A DNA stretch of 64,000 nt from Alcaligenaceae bacterium (GTDB taxonomy: Bacteria; Pseudomonadota; Gammaproteobacteria; Burkholderiales; Burkholderiaceae_B), in NCBI GenBank assembly GCA_947379755.1, contig CANCOC010000002.1, positions 35,169 through 99,168 on the forward strand. The letters run 5' to 3'. Position 1 is the first letter of the stretch; every line of letters begins with the position of its first letter. A program made the position numbers and the translations under genes. Under the pieces are notes generated by a model. It did not search any database. It saw only the letters and a list, made by a program, of their open reading frames with translations, and had not been told where the DNA came from. Positions 16,236 to 25,801 of this stretch are shown here, piece by piece.

Positions 16236-18707
16236 ATGAAAAAACAGAAACTCGTGCTTGTCGGAAATGGAATGGCCGGAGTGCGGACCATCGAGGAGTT
16301 ACTCAAACTCGCCCCTGACCTCTATGACATCACGATCTTTGGTGCTGAGCCACACGGCAACTACAACCGTATCATGCTCTCGCCTGTGCTGGCTGGAGAG
16401 ATGACATTGCCTGAAATTATGCTCAATGATCTGGACTGGTATCGCGAGCACGGCATCACATTGCATGCTGGTAAAAAAGTCACCCAGATTGACCGGATAC
16501 GGCGTCGTGTCATTGCAGACGATGGCACCGAGGCCGAATACGATCGCCTGTTGCTCGCGACGGGATCGACCCCGTTTATCCCACCGATTCCTGGCAACGA
16601 CTTGCCGGGTGTGCTGGGCTACCGGGATATTGCAGACACCGAAGCAATGATCGATGCTGCAGCACGTTACAAGCACGCCGTGGTGATCGGCGCGGGACTG
16701 CTGGGACTGGAAGCTGCCAATGGTCTGATGCTGCGCGGCATGAGCGTCACCGTTGTTCATCTGGCCGACTGGATCATGGAGCGTCAACTCGATCGCGTAG
16801 CAGCCGATATGCTGCAAAGTTCACTTGAAGCCAAAGGGATGAGGTTCCTGCTCGGACGCAACACAGAAGCCTTGCTCTCAGGCGAAAATGGACGTGTGAA
16901 CGCTGTACGCCTGAAGGATGGCATGCAGATGCCTGCTGATCTCGTTGTGATTGCAGCCGGCATCCGCCCTGCTTACGCCCTGGCTGAGTCAGCCGGCTTA
17001 TTCTGCGGAACTGGCCGGGTGCGCGGCATCCATGTGTCCGATACTTTGCAAACAATTACCGATCCAAGCATCTATGCCCTGGGCGAATGCGCGGTTCACC
17101 GAGGGATCGCCTACGGACTGGTGGCGCCTCTGTTTGAGCAAGGCAAGGTATGCGCCAATCATCTGGCCAACTTCGGCATTGCGTATTACAAAGGCTCCGT
17201 TACTTCAACCAAACTCAAGGTCACAGGCATTGACGTGTTTTCTGCCGGCGATTTCAGCGGAGGTCCTGAGACAGAAGATATCCTTTTACACGACAAACAG
17301 GCTGGCCTCTACAAACGCATTGTCATCAAGAATGACCGTGTAATTGGTGCAGTCCTTTACGGCGACACAACGGATGGAGGCTGGCATTTCCAGTTAATGA
17401 AGGACGCTCAGGATATCCGCGAGATCCGCAGTCAGCTTTTGTTTGGCAACTCATTCGCCAATCAGCATCTGGGAGATGCGGGTCACAAAGGACAGAACCT
17501 GGCAGTCTCGATGGCAGACACCGCCGAGGTCTGTGGCTGCAACGGTGTGTGCAAGGGCACGATCGTCAAGTCGATCAAAGAGAATGGTCTCTTTACTCTG
17601 GATGAGGTCCGCAAGCACACCAAGGCCTCGTCATCATGTGGTTCGTGCACCGGACTGGTCGAACAAATCCTGGCATCCACGATTGGTGGTGCGTATACAC
17701 CCACGGCACAAGATACCAAGCCGGTGTGCGCCTGCACGGAGCATTCGCATAAAGTCGTACGCGAAACCATCGTGGCGCGTCACCTGATCACAAAGGAAAC
17801 CGTGTTTGAAGCACTGGGCTGGAAAACACCGAACGGATGCGAAAAGTGCCGCCCTGCGATCAACTATTACCTGCTTTCAAGCTTTCCACATGAAGCGATC
17901 GATGATCCACAGTCTCGCTACATCAATGAGCGTGCGCACGCCAATATCCAGAAAGACGGCACCTACTCAGTTGTGCCACGCATGTGGGGCGGGCTGACTA
18001 CACCGTCCGAGCTGCGCGCGATTGCAGACGCTGCAGATAAATATCATGTCCCGACCGTCAAGGTGACGGGTGGTCAGCGGATTGACCTGCTTGGTATCAA
18101 AAAGGAAAATCTGCCTGCCATCTGGTCTGATCTCAATGCTGCCGGCATGGTCTCGGGCCACGCTTACGGCAAGTCCATCCGCACGGTCAAGACCTGCGTC
18201 GGTGCAGAGCACTGCCGTTTTGGCACGCAGCACTCCATGGACACCGGCATCATGCTCGAAAAGATGTTGTTCGATATGTACGCACCACACAAGGTCAAAC
18301 TCGCAGTCTCAGGCTGTCCGCGCAACTGTGCGGAGTCTGGCATCAAGGATGTCGGCATTATCGGTGTTGACTCAGGCTTTGAAATTTACGTCGGTGGAAA
18401 TGGCGGGATCAAAACAGAGGTTGCACAGTTTTTTTGCAAAGTCACGACCAACGAAGAGGTGATGGAGTTCAGTGGCGCCTTCTTGCAGCTTTACCGTGAA
18501 GAAGGCTGGTATCTGGAGCGGACTTCGCACTACCTGGAGCGAGTGGGTCTGAGCCACGTCAAAAATAAGGTACTTGAGGATACTGCAGGCCGCAAGGCAC
18601 TGTATGAGCGTCTGATCGACTCACTAAAAAATGCCCGCGACCCCTGGGAGCTGGCCCGTGAAGAACAAGCGATCAAACAGTTCATCCCGATTCTGGTCGA
18701 AGCCTGA
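16236..18707 (+). CDS. nirB: Assimilatory NAD(P)H nitrite reductase large subunit
   Basis: FAD and NAD Rossmann motifs (LVGNGMAG, VIGAGLLGLEAA), BFD-like CGCNGVC/CGSC, siroheme-[4Fe-4S] CVGAEHC and SGCPRNC; start moved to ATG 16236. Confidence 0.97.
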   Translation: MKKQKLVLVGNGMAGVRTIEELLKLAPDLYDITIFGAEPHGNYNRIMLSPVLAGEMTLPEIMLNDLDWYREHGITLHAGKKVTQIDRIRRRVIADDGTEAEYDRLLLATGSTPFIPPIPGNDLPGVLGYRDIADTEAMIDAAARYKHAVVIGAGLLGLEAANGLMLRGMSVTVVHLADWIMERQLDRVAADMLQSSLEAKGMRFLLGRNTEALLSGENGRVNAVRLKDGMQMPADLVVIAAGIRPAYALAESAGLFCGTGRVRGIHVSDTLQTITDPSIYALGECAVHRGIAYGLVAPLFEQGKVCANHLANFGIAYYKGSVTSTKLKVTGIDVFSAGDFSGGPETEDILLHDKQAGLYKRIVIKNDRVIGAVLYGDTTDGGWHFQLMKDAQDIREIRSQLLFGNSFANQHLGDAGHKGQNLAVSMADTAEVCGCNGVCKGTIVKSIKENGLFTLDEVRKHTKASSSCGSCTGLVEQILASTIGGAYTPTAQDTKPVCACTEHSHKVVRETIVARHLITKETVFEALGWKTPNGCEKCRPAINYYLLSSFPHEAIDDPQSRYINERAHANIQKDGTYSVVPRMWGGLTTPSELRAIADAADKYHVPTVKVTGGQRIDLLGIKKENLPAIWSDLNAAGMVSGHAYGKSIRTVKTCVGAEHCRFGTQHSMDTGIMLEKMLFDMYAPHKVKLAVSGCPRNCAESGIKDVGIIGVDSGFEIYVGGNGGIKTEVAQFFCKVTTNEEVMEFSGAFLQLYREEGWYLERTSHYLERVGLSHVKNKVLEDTAGRKALYERLIDSLKNARDPWELAREEQAIKQFIPILVEA

Positions 18708-18732
18708 ACTATCCCGAATGGAGCACATACAT

Positions 18733-19044
18733 ATGAGTAACTGGAAACTGATCTGCCCCTTGAACGATATCCCGCAGCTGGGTTCACGGGTCGTTCAACG
18801 CATCACTGGTGGCGACATTGCGATATTTCGCAATGCGCAGGACGAAGTCTTTGCACTGCACGACCACTGCCCCCATAAAAATGGCCCGTTGTCACAGGGC
18901 ATTGTGCACGGACGCAAGGTCACCTGCCCGTTGCATAACTGGAACATCAGTCTGGAAGACGGCAAGGTCATCGCACCCGATGTGGGTTCGTGCGGAAAGT
19001 TTGAAGTCAAAGTTAAAGACGGCCAGGTGTTCCTGTCACTCTGA
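18733..19044 (+). CDS. nirD: Nitrite reductase small subunit (Rieske-like)
   Basis: CPHKNGPLSQG...CPLHNW; start moved to ATG 18733. Confidence 0.95.
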   Translation: MSNWKLICPLNDIPQLGSRVVQRITGGDIAIFRNAQDEVFALHDHCPHKNGPLSQGIVHGRKVTCPLHNWNISLEDGKVIAPDVGSCGKFEVKVKDGQVFLSL

Positions 19045-19107
19045 AAGCATCACGTTCCCACCATCTTTACTGAATACATACATTTTTAATTTTTTGAGGA
19101 ATACGTC

Positions 19108-19920
19108 ATGTCCTATCTCTTACCCTCCGAATTCGTCACCAAGATGGTCGATGCAGGCGAATCCAAAATTTACATGGCAACCAAGGATGCATTGATCCGT
19201 GCCTACATGGCAGGTGCCATCCTTGCGCTCGCGGCCGTCTTTGCAATCACCGCCACCGTGCAGACAGGCTCGCCACTGATCGGTGCGATTCTGTTCCCGG
19301 TCGGGTTCTGCATGCTGTATCTGCTGGGCTTCGATTTACTAACCGGTGTGTTCGTGCTGACGCCTCTGGCCTGGCTCGACAAACGACCAGGAGTGACCAT
19401 CAAGGCTATTCTGAAAAACTGGGGTATTGTCTTTCTTGGCAATTTTCTGGGTGCCCTGACCGTTGCGTTCATGATGGCGTTTGTCTTTACCTACGGGTTT
19501 TCGATCGCCCCGAACGACATCGGCACGAAGATCGGCCACATTGGTGAAGCACGTACGCTGGGCTATGCACAGTACGGCATCATGGGATGGCTGACCATTT
19601 TTGTACGTGGCATGCTGTGCAACTGGATGGTTTCACTCGGTGTGGTCGGTGCGATGATTTCTACCACCGTGAGCGGCAAAGTGATCGCAATGTGGATGCC
19701 GATCATGCTGTTCTTTGCCATGACCTTTGAGCACTCGGTCGTGAACATGTTCCTGTTCCCCTCGGGACTGATGATGGGCGGCAACTTTTCGATCCTGGAT
19801 TACTTTATCTGGAACGAGATTCCTGTTGTGCTGGGCAACCTGGTTGGAGGACTCGCCTTTACCGGTCTGACGCTCTACAGTACTCACATCAAGACAGGCC
19901 CCAAACGCGTCTTCAAGTAA
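19108..19920 (+). CDS. Formate/nitrite transporter (FNT, NirC/FocA family)
   Basis: LGFDLLTG, GNFLG, LCNWMVSLG and FEHSVVNMF signature motifs. Confidence 0.95.
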   Translation: MSYLLPSEFVTKMVDAGESKIYMATKDALIRAYMAGAILALAAVFAITATVQTGSPLIGAILFPVGFCMLYLLGFDLLTGVFVLTPLAWLDKRPGVTIKAILKNWGIVFLGNFLGALTVAFMMAFVFTYGFSIAPNDIGTKIGHIGEARTLGYAQYGIMGWLTIFVRGMLCNWMVSLGVVGAMISTTVSGKVIAMWMPIMLFFAMTFEHSVVNMFLFPSGLMMGGNFSILDYFIWNEIPVVLGNLVGGLAFTGLTLYSTHIKTGPKRVFK

Positions 19921-19928
19921 GCTACTTT

Positions 19929-21665
19929 ATGACCAGACAACTCCTCATCACAGCCGGACAATATTCTGACAAGGGCCGAAAAGAGACCAATCAGGATTTT
20001 CATGGGCTGTGCGTCCCGAAAGAACCGCAGCTGAGTTCCAAGGGCATTGTGATTGCGCTGGCCGATGGCATCAGTAGCAGTGAGGTGAGCCATGTTGCAA
20101 GTGAGTCTGCAGTCACAGGCTTTCTCGAGGATTACTATTCCACGTCTGACACCTGGTCCGTCAAGACTTCTGCAGAACGGGTCCTTGCAGCCACCAACTC
20201 CTGGCTGCATGCCCAGACACAACAAAGTGCACACCGCTATGACAAGGATCGGGGCTACGTCTGCACATTCACTGCCGTCGTGCTCAAGTCCTCAACCGCG
20301 CACATCTTCCATGTCGGTGACACGCGCGTCTACCGCCTGGGCGATACCAGCCTGGAGCAACTGACCGAGGATCATCGGGTCTGGGTCTCCTCTGACAAAA
20401 GCTATCTTGCACGCGCTCTGGGAATCGACAACCGGCTCAATATTGATTACCGCGCTGTACCGATCGAAATCGGTGATGTACTGCTACTTGCAACAGACGG
20501 CGTGTATGAATTTGTCGACGCCCCATTCATCTTAGCTACCATTCACGCCACAGGGCAAGACCTGGATCAGGCAGCCCGCACAATTGTCGAAGAAGCCTTT
20601 AACCGAGGCAGTGACGACAATCTGACGTTTCAGATCATCAGAGTCGATGAGTTACCCGATCCGGAATCGAGTGAAATGTACCGTCAGCTCTCGAGCCTGG
20701 CTTTGCCGCCACAACTTGAGGCCCGGATGGATTTCGATGGCTACACCATCATCCGCGAGGTCCGCATAGGCAGTCGCAGTCACATCTATCTGGCAGTCGA
20801 TACAGAGACTGGCGAGCAAGTCATTCTGAAGACGCCGTCAATGGGGATGCGCGACGATCCAGCCTATCTCGAACGTTTTTTAATGGAAGAGTGGATTGCA
20901 CGACGCATCAATAATGCGCATGTGCTCAAGCCCACTGCGGTCAACAGAAGGCGTCACTTTATTTATGTTGCGACCGAGTTTATTGAAGGACAGAGTCTGG
21001 CACAGTGGATGACAGACCACCCTGCACCTGATCTGGCAACGGTACGTGGCATCATCGAACAGATTGCAAAAGGGTTGCAGGCTTTTCACCGGCTTGAAAT
21101 GCTGCATCAGGATCTCAAGCCGGACAACATCATGATTGACCGCAACGGCACGGTAAAAATCATCGATTTTGGTGCGACCCGGGTGGCTGGCATCATGGAG
21201 GTCGAGACTCCGATTGAGCAGATCAATCTGCTGGGAGCGGCTCAGTACGCAGCACCGGAATATTTTCTCGGTGAAAGCGGCTCATACCAGTCGGACTTGT
21301 TTTCACTTGGAGTCATCACATATCAAATGCTGTCATCGAAACTTCCCTACGGGGTGGATGTGCCAAAAACCAGTAGCAAAAAGACACAAAAAAAGCTCGC
21401 GTACCGGTCCCTGACTGACGTCAATCAAAAAATACCAGTCTGGATTGATGAGGCCATCCGCAAAGCCGTCCATCCCGATCCGACTGGGCGCTATCAGGAA
21501 GTCTCCGAGTTCCTGTACGATTTACAGCACCCGAATCCTGTATTTTTGAATAAGCGGGTGACCCCACTCATTGAACGCAACCCTGTTACTTTCTGGAAAA
21601 CGGTTTCGTTTATGCTGGCGCTCGTGATTGTTGTCCTGGTAGGCTCACGCGCGCTGCTTAAGTAA
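19929..21665 (+). CDS. Bifunctional PP2C phosphatase - Ser/Thr kinase with C-terminal TM
   Basis: PP2C: ALADG, HVGDTRVY, ATDGV, GSDDNLT. Kinase: ILKTP, HQDLKPDN, DFG, YAAPE. Confidence 0.93.
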   Translation: MTRQLLITAGQYSDKGRKETNQDFHGLCVPKEPQLSSKGIVIALADGISSSEVSHVASESAVTGFLEDYYSTSDTWSVKTSAERVLAATNSWLHAQTQQSAHRYDKDRGYVCTFTAVVLKSSTAHIFHVGDTRVYRLGDTSLEQLTEDHRVWVSSDKSYLARALGIDNRLNIDYRAVPIEIGDVLLLATDGVYEFVDAPFILATIHATGQDLDQAARTIVEEAFNRGSDDNLTFQIIRVDELPDPESSEMYRQLSSLALPPQLEARMDFDGYTIIREVRIGSRSHIYLAVDTETGEQVILKTPSMGMRDDPAYLERFLMEEWIARRINNAHVLKPTAVNRRRHFIYVATEFIEGQSLAQWMTDHPAPDLATVRGIIEQIAKGLQAFHRLEMLHQDLKPDNIMIDRNGTVKIIDFGATRVAGIMEVETPIEQINLLGAAQYAAPEYFLGESGSYQSDLFSLGVITYQMLSSKLPYGVDVPKTSSKKTQKKLAYRSLTDVNQKIPVWIDEAIRKAVHPDPTGRYQEVSEFLYDLQHPNPVFLNKRVTPLIERNPVTFWKTVSFMLALVIVVLVGSRALLK

Positions 21666-21711
21666 GAGCGTCAGTGGGCGCCGCAATAAGCATGAGCCTC
21701 CACAGCAGGCA

Positions 21712-22344
21712 TCAAGCCACAAACGCATACACAGTATAAAAGTGGCAGGCACTCCCCCCCAGAACAAACAGATGCCACATGCCGTGTCCATGACGCCAGG
21801 TTTCGTCGTGAGCATAAAAAATAATGCCCAGCGTATAGACGAGACCACCCGCAGCCAGCCAGATGAAGCCCTCCACGCTGAGTGAATGGACTAGCGGCAC
21901 AATAGCAATCATGACCAGCCAGCCCATCAGCACATAGACCAGCAGGGAAAGCAGACGTTTGCCTTTGGCAAACCAGATTTCCTGAACGATTCCGAGGACT
22001 GCCAGCCCCCACACAGACCCAAATAAAGACCATCCCCAGGCACCGCGCAGCGTCACCAGTGTAAAAGGCGTATAGCTGCCCGCAATCAAGAGGTAAATCG
22101 CGCAATGATCAAACTTGCACCAGATTCTTTTGGCGCGGCCCTTGAGGCCATGATAAAGCGTTGAAGCCAGATATAAACCTGTGAGTGTCACGCCATAGAC
22201 TGCAAAACTGACAATTTTCCATGGATCGCCGAGCATGGAGGCGAATACGACCAGCACTACGCTGCCGGTCAAGGCAAGGATGACACCCGCTAAATGAGTG
22301 AAGCCGTTGAAGCGCTCACCATAAACCATAGATTCTTTCTCCAT
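21712..22344 (-). CDS. Hemolysin III / PAQR family membrane protein (YqfA/TrhA-like)
   Basis: ERFNGFTH, STLYH, DHCAIYLLIAGSYTPF and HGMWHLFVLGGSACHF motifs. Confidence 0.93.
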   Translation of the reverse strand: MEKESMVYGERFNGFTHLAGVILALTGSVVLVVFASMLGDPWKIVSFAVYGVTLTGLYLASTLYHGLKGRAKRIWCKFDHCAIYLLIAGSYTPFTLVTLRGAWGWSLFGSVWGLAVLGIVQEIWFAKGKRLLSLLVYVLMGWLVMIAIVPLVHSLSVEGFIWLAAGGLVYTLGIIFYAHDETWRHGHGMWHLFVLGGSACHFYTVYAFVA

Positions 22345-22457
22345 TAAGGTTAAAGTGGACTACAGATCATGTGCACATACCTTGCGCTGCATCAACAACG
22401 GACATGATTCAGACAAGTATCCTCAGTCAATAACAATCACTTTAAAGGAGTGGATCA

Positions 22458-22682
22458 ATGACTTACGAACAACTCCCGCTCGCCAGCCTCATGCATCACC
22501 ATACCTTCGTGACTGAAATGAACAAGGTTCTTGAACATTGTGCGGCGTATCAAGTTGGTATGACCGTGCAGACCGATGGCAATGGTTACTGGCTTGAGCA
22601 CAATGGCGAGCGGCTGACGAGCCCTGAAGCAGCAAGCATACTTGCTCAAGCTAGAATGTCCGTACTTTCAGTGGAAGAATAA
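22458..22682 (+). CDS. Small hypothetical protein (74 aa)
   Basis: Strong Shine-Dalgarno (AAGGAG) before the ATG; fills the intergenic space; no recognised motif. Confidence 0.55.
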   Translation: MTYEQLPLASLMHHHTFVTEMNKVLEHCAAYQVGMTVQTDGNGYWLEHNGERLTSPEAASILAQARMSVLSVEE

Positions 22683-22692
22683 AGAGGCAAAC

Positions 22693-23106
22693 ATGACTGC
22701 GATTGGAAACTTTCTCTGGTTCATTCTGGGTGGGGTCGTGATGGGTCTGGCCTGGTGGGTGGCTGGACTGATCTGCTTTCTGTCGATTATTGGTATTCCC
22801 TGGGGGAAAGCCTGCTTTGTGATCGGACAATTTGCCTTCTTTCCTTTTGGTAAAGAAGCCGTCAGCAGAAAACAACTGACCAATCAGGAAGACATCGGCA
22901 CCGGTGCGCTTGGAATGATCGGCAACATTATCTGGTTTATCTTTGCAGGAGTGTGGCTGGCCATCGGACATATCCTGTGGGCACTCGCATGCTTTGTCAC
23001 AATTATCGGCATTCCTTTCGGCATTCAGCATTTAAAACTTGCCGGAATCTCGCTTGCACCAATCGGAATGACCATTGTCGATCAGCGTGTCGCTCGAAAA
23101 CTTTAA
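22693..23106 (+). CDS. yccF: YccF domain inner-membrane protein
   Basis: Duplicated IGNxxWFI...IIGIP(W/F)G motif; start moved to ATG 22693. Confidence 0.93.
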   Translation: MTAIGNFLWFILGGVVMGLAWWVAGLICFLSIIGIPWGKACFVIGQFAFFPFGKEAVSRKQLTNQEDIGTGALGMIGNIIWFIFAGVWLAIGHILWALACFVTIIGIPFGIQHLKLAGISLAPIGMTIVDQRVARKL

Positions 23107-24164
23107 GAGCCATGTGCTGCATAAATGTCCCGAAACTGGTCAACGCACTGCTTAAAGGCATCCAGCACCATCGGATCAAAGTGTGCCGGGGAGGTCCTGC
23201 CATCGCCTTTTAAAATAATCTCTAATGTGTGCTCATGGGTAAAACCTGATTTGTAGGGTCTTATTGAACGCAACGCATCATATTGATCACAAACACTCAT
23301 GATCCGTGCAGCGATTGGGATGGCTTCTCCCCGGACACCGGCAGGATATCCGCCTCCATCCCAACGCTCATGGTGATAACCAGCTATTTCAGCGCCCATC
23401 ATGAGATACGGTGATGTTGTCCCATCCAGCATTTGTCTGCCAAGCTCTGCATGCGTTTTCATCACTTCCCACTCCTGCGCATCAAAAGAACTTGTTTTGC
23501 ACAGGATACGATCTGGAATTGCAATTTTTCCAACGTCATGCAGCTGACTGGCAAACTCAATGCACCTGCAAAAATCATCATCCATCCCCATCGCTTGAGC
23601 CAATACACGAGCATAAAGACCAATGCGGGTGACATGTTCGCCGGTTTCTTCGTCCTTATAGGTCGCCGCACGTGTCAAGGTTGCAATTGCTTCCTGGTAA
23701 CTCGAGATCAGCTGTGCAGAACGCTCAAATATTTCATTATCCAGAAAGTTATTCCGGTCAGTCATGGCATCCATTGCTACCTTGAGTTTTAACAGGTTGC
23801 GAATGCGCATCTGCAGCTCAATTCGGTCAAAAGGCTTGCTGACGAAATCTTCTGCCCCGGCTTGCAGCCCGCGAATTCGCGAGTCAGCATCATTTAAAGA
23901 GGTCAGCATGATAATGGGGATACATCGGGTCGCCTGATTTGACTTCAGGATACGCGCCACTTCAAAACCATCCATCTCGGGCATCACCAGATCAAGCAAA
24001 ATAATATCGGGTGGCGTTAAGCGCACCACATCAAGTGCTTGCTTTCCACTTGAAGCAAGCAGACATTCATGTCCCTGTAGCGAAAGCAAAGCAGTCAGAA
24101 GCCTGCGATTCCTTTCATCATCGTCAATAATTAATATTTTTCCCAGAATAGTGAATGGCTTCAC
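23103..24164 (-). CDS. Response regulator with HD-GYP domain (c-di-GMP phosphodiesterase, RpfG-like)
   Basis: Receiver domain (IILLDLVMPEMDG); LHDVGK and HHERWDGGGYP motifs. Confidence 0.95.
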   Translation of the reverse strand: MKPFTILGKILIIDDDERNRRLLTALLSLQGHECLLASSGKQALDVVRLTPPDIILLDLVMPEMDGFEVARILKSNQATRCIPIIMLTSLNDADSRIRGLQAGAEDFVSKPFDRIELQMRIRNLLKLKVAMDAMTDRNNFLDNEIFERSAQLISSYQEAIATLTRAATYKDEETGEHVTRIGLYARVLAQAMGMDDDFCRCIEFASQLHDVGKIAIPDRILCKTSSFDAQEWEVMKTHAELGRQMLDGTTSPYLMMGAEIAGYHHERWDGGGYPAGVRGEAIPIAARIMSVCDQYDALRSIRPYKSGFTHEHTLEIILKGDGRTSPAHFDPMVLDAFKQCVDQFRDIYAAHGS

Positions 24165-24547
24165 TGGACGCGACCTGAACAGGCATCATCAAAGAGTTGA
24201 CTGACAACCTTCAAAAAATTCTTATATTGAATAGGCTTTTCGTAGTAGCCATCGAATCCTTCAGCCAGCATTCTTTGCGCATCCCCTTTCATGGCTAGCG
24301 CAGTCAATGCAAAGACCCTGAGAGCCGCTGTACGCGAATCAGCGCGCAACTGTTTTAAGGCGGCAATACCGTCCACAACGGGCATCTGTACATCCATAAA
24401 AATGACATCAGGCTGCTGCTGGAGCGCAAGGGTCACACCATCCGCCGCGCAATTTGCTCCCAGCACTTCGTAGTTTCCATGCTCCAGCACGGTTATCAGC
24501 AACTTGAGGTTTCTGCGATCAGCGTCTACAACTAAAATCTTTCTCAT
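24161..24547 (-). CDS. Single-domain response regulator (DivK/CheY-like)
   Basis: VIFMDVQMPVVDG and ALTALAMKGD...KPI; ATGA/GTGA overlaps with both neighbours. Confidence 0.92.
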   Translation of the reverse strand: MRKILVVDADRRNLKLLITVLEHGNYEVLGANCAADGVTLALQQQPDVIFMDVQMPVVDGIAALKQLRADSRTAALRVFALTALAMKGDAQRMLAEGFDGYYEKPIQYKNFLKVVSQLFDDACSGRVQ

Positions 24548-25548
24548 ACCGAACAAACGACCTCAGCAAGTGTCTGGATCGCAGCCACTTGGGGCGCAGT
24601 TTCCGGGATCTGACCGACCTCTCTGTAAGGCAGCCATACATAAAACGTACTGCCGACCCCGACGTGGCTGCTCACACCAACCATACCTTCAAACAATTCA
24701 GCAAAACGTCGAACAAGTGACAGCCCAAGTCCGGTACCAGACTCACGTGTTGAGGCAGAGCTATTGATCTGTACGAAGGGTTCAAACAGTCTTTGCATAT
24801 TGGTTTGGGAAATACCAACCCCCGTATCTTCGACCAAAATTTGTAGAAACTCATTGGTATCCGAAGCCAGGTGTCCCCAAAATCGGACGGGCATCGACGC
24901 ATGTGTCGGAATGTCGGCGCGCTTACAGCGCGAAGCACGCAGCGACACCTGCCCACTGTCTGGTGTGAAATTGACTGCGTTGGAAAGCAAGTTATAAACA
25001 ATCTGTTTAAGCTTTCGCTGATCCGCATGGGCGAACCCCAAGGACGGATCAAAACTGGTACGAATCTGAATATTACGGGTAAAGGCTTTCTCCTGCACCA
25101 TTCGAATGCTCGACTGAAAAAGCTTCAACAAATTAACTTCTTCAATTTGGATTTCGCACTTTCCAGCTTCAACTTTTGACAAATCCAGAATGTCATTAAT
25201 CAGCGACAACAGATGTTGACTCGCCTCATAAATATCATTACAAAAATCGAACTGTTTGGGATGAAGCGTACCGACCACACCATCTTTGAGTAACTCAGAA
25301 AATCCAATGATTGCGTTAAGAGGCGTACGCAGCTCATGAGACATACTCGCCAAAAAATCCGACTTGGCCAGGCTGGCTGCTTCTAGCTGCTTTGTTCGCT
25401 CATGGATCCGTTCTTCCAGCTTTGCGTTGGTTTCGTTTAACGCAGCTTCAATTTTATTGTGCTCGCTCATGTCAATCACGGACGCGATCGCATGTGAACC
25501 TGCCGCGCCGTTATCAAGCATGTCGAGTTGGAAAATGTGAGCAGTCAT
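24544..25548 (-). CDS. Histidine kinase (HisKA + HATPase_c) with almost no sensor region
   Basis: MSHELRTPLNAIIGF H-box, NLLSNAVNFT, VEDTGVGI, LFEPF, GTGLGL. Confidence 0.93.
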   Translation of the reverse strand: MTAHIFQLDMLDNGAAGSHAIASVIDMSEHNKIEAALNETNAKLEERIHERTKQLEAASLAKSDFLASMSHELRTPLNAIIGFSELLKDGVVGTLHPKQFDFCNDIYEASQHLLSLINDILDLSKVEAGKCEIQIEEVNLLKLFQSSIRMVQEKAFTRNIQIRTSFDPSLGFAHADQRKLKQIVYNLLSNAVNFTPDSGQVSLRASRCKRADIPTHASMPVRFWGHLASDTNEFLQILVEDTGVGISQTNMQRLFEPFVQINSSASTRESGTGLGLSLVRRFAELFEGMVGVSSHVGVGSTFYVWLPYREVGQIPETAPQVAAIQTLAEVVCSV

Positions 25549-25801
25549 CTTGCAAGATCAATCCTAATCTGGCTAACGAGGAGAGTGAATCTGAATGCAA
25601 CTCAGTCAAAGCAACGTTAAGACAAACTTTAAACGACAGCCCCCCTTGTAAAAGCCAGATAAAGCCCCTATTCAGGCGCCTGTTCTCAGGCAAACACTGC
25701 CCGAGGTATTCCCTTACAACATCTCTGGCATTTGAAGTATTGATATTTTTTATGATGTGTGACTTCTCAACTTATTGTCAACAGAGCAGATTTTATTTTT
25801 A

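Noticed and set aside
21712-22344. 'Hemolysin III' as a virulence factor
   Set aside because: The family is a widespread PAQR-type membrane protein; the name does not imply toxin function.
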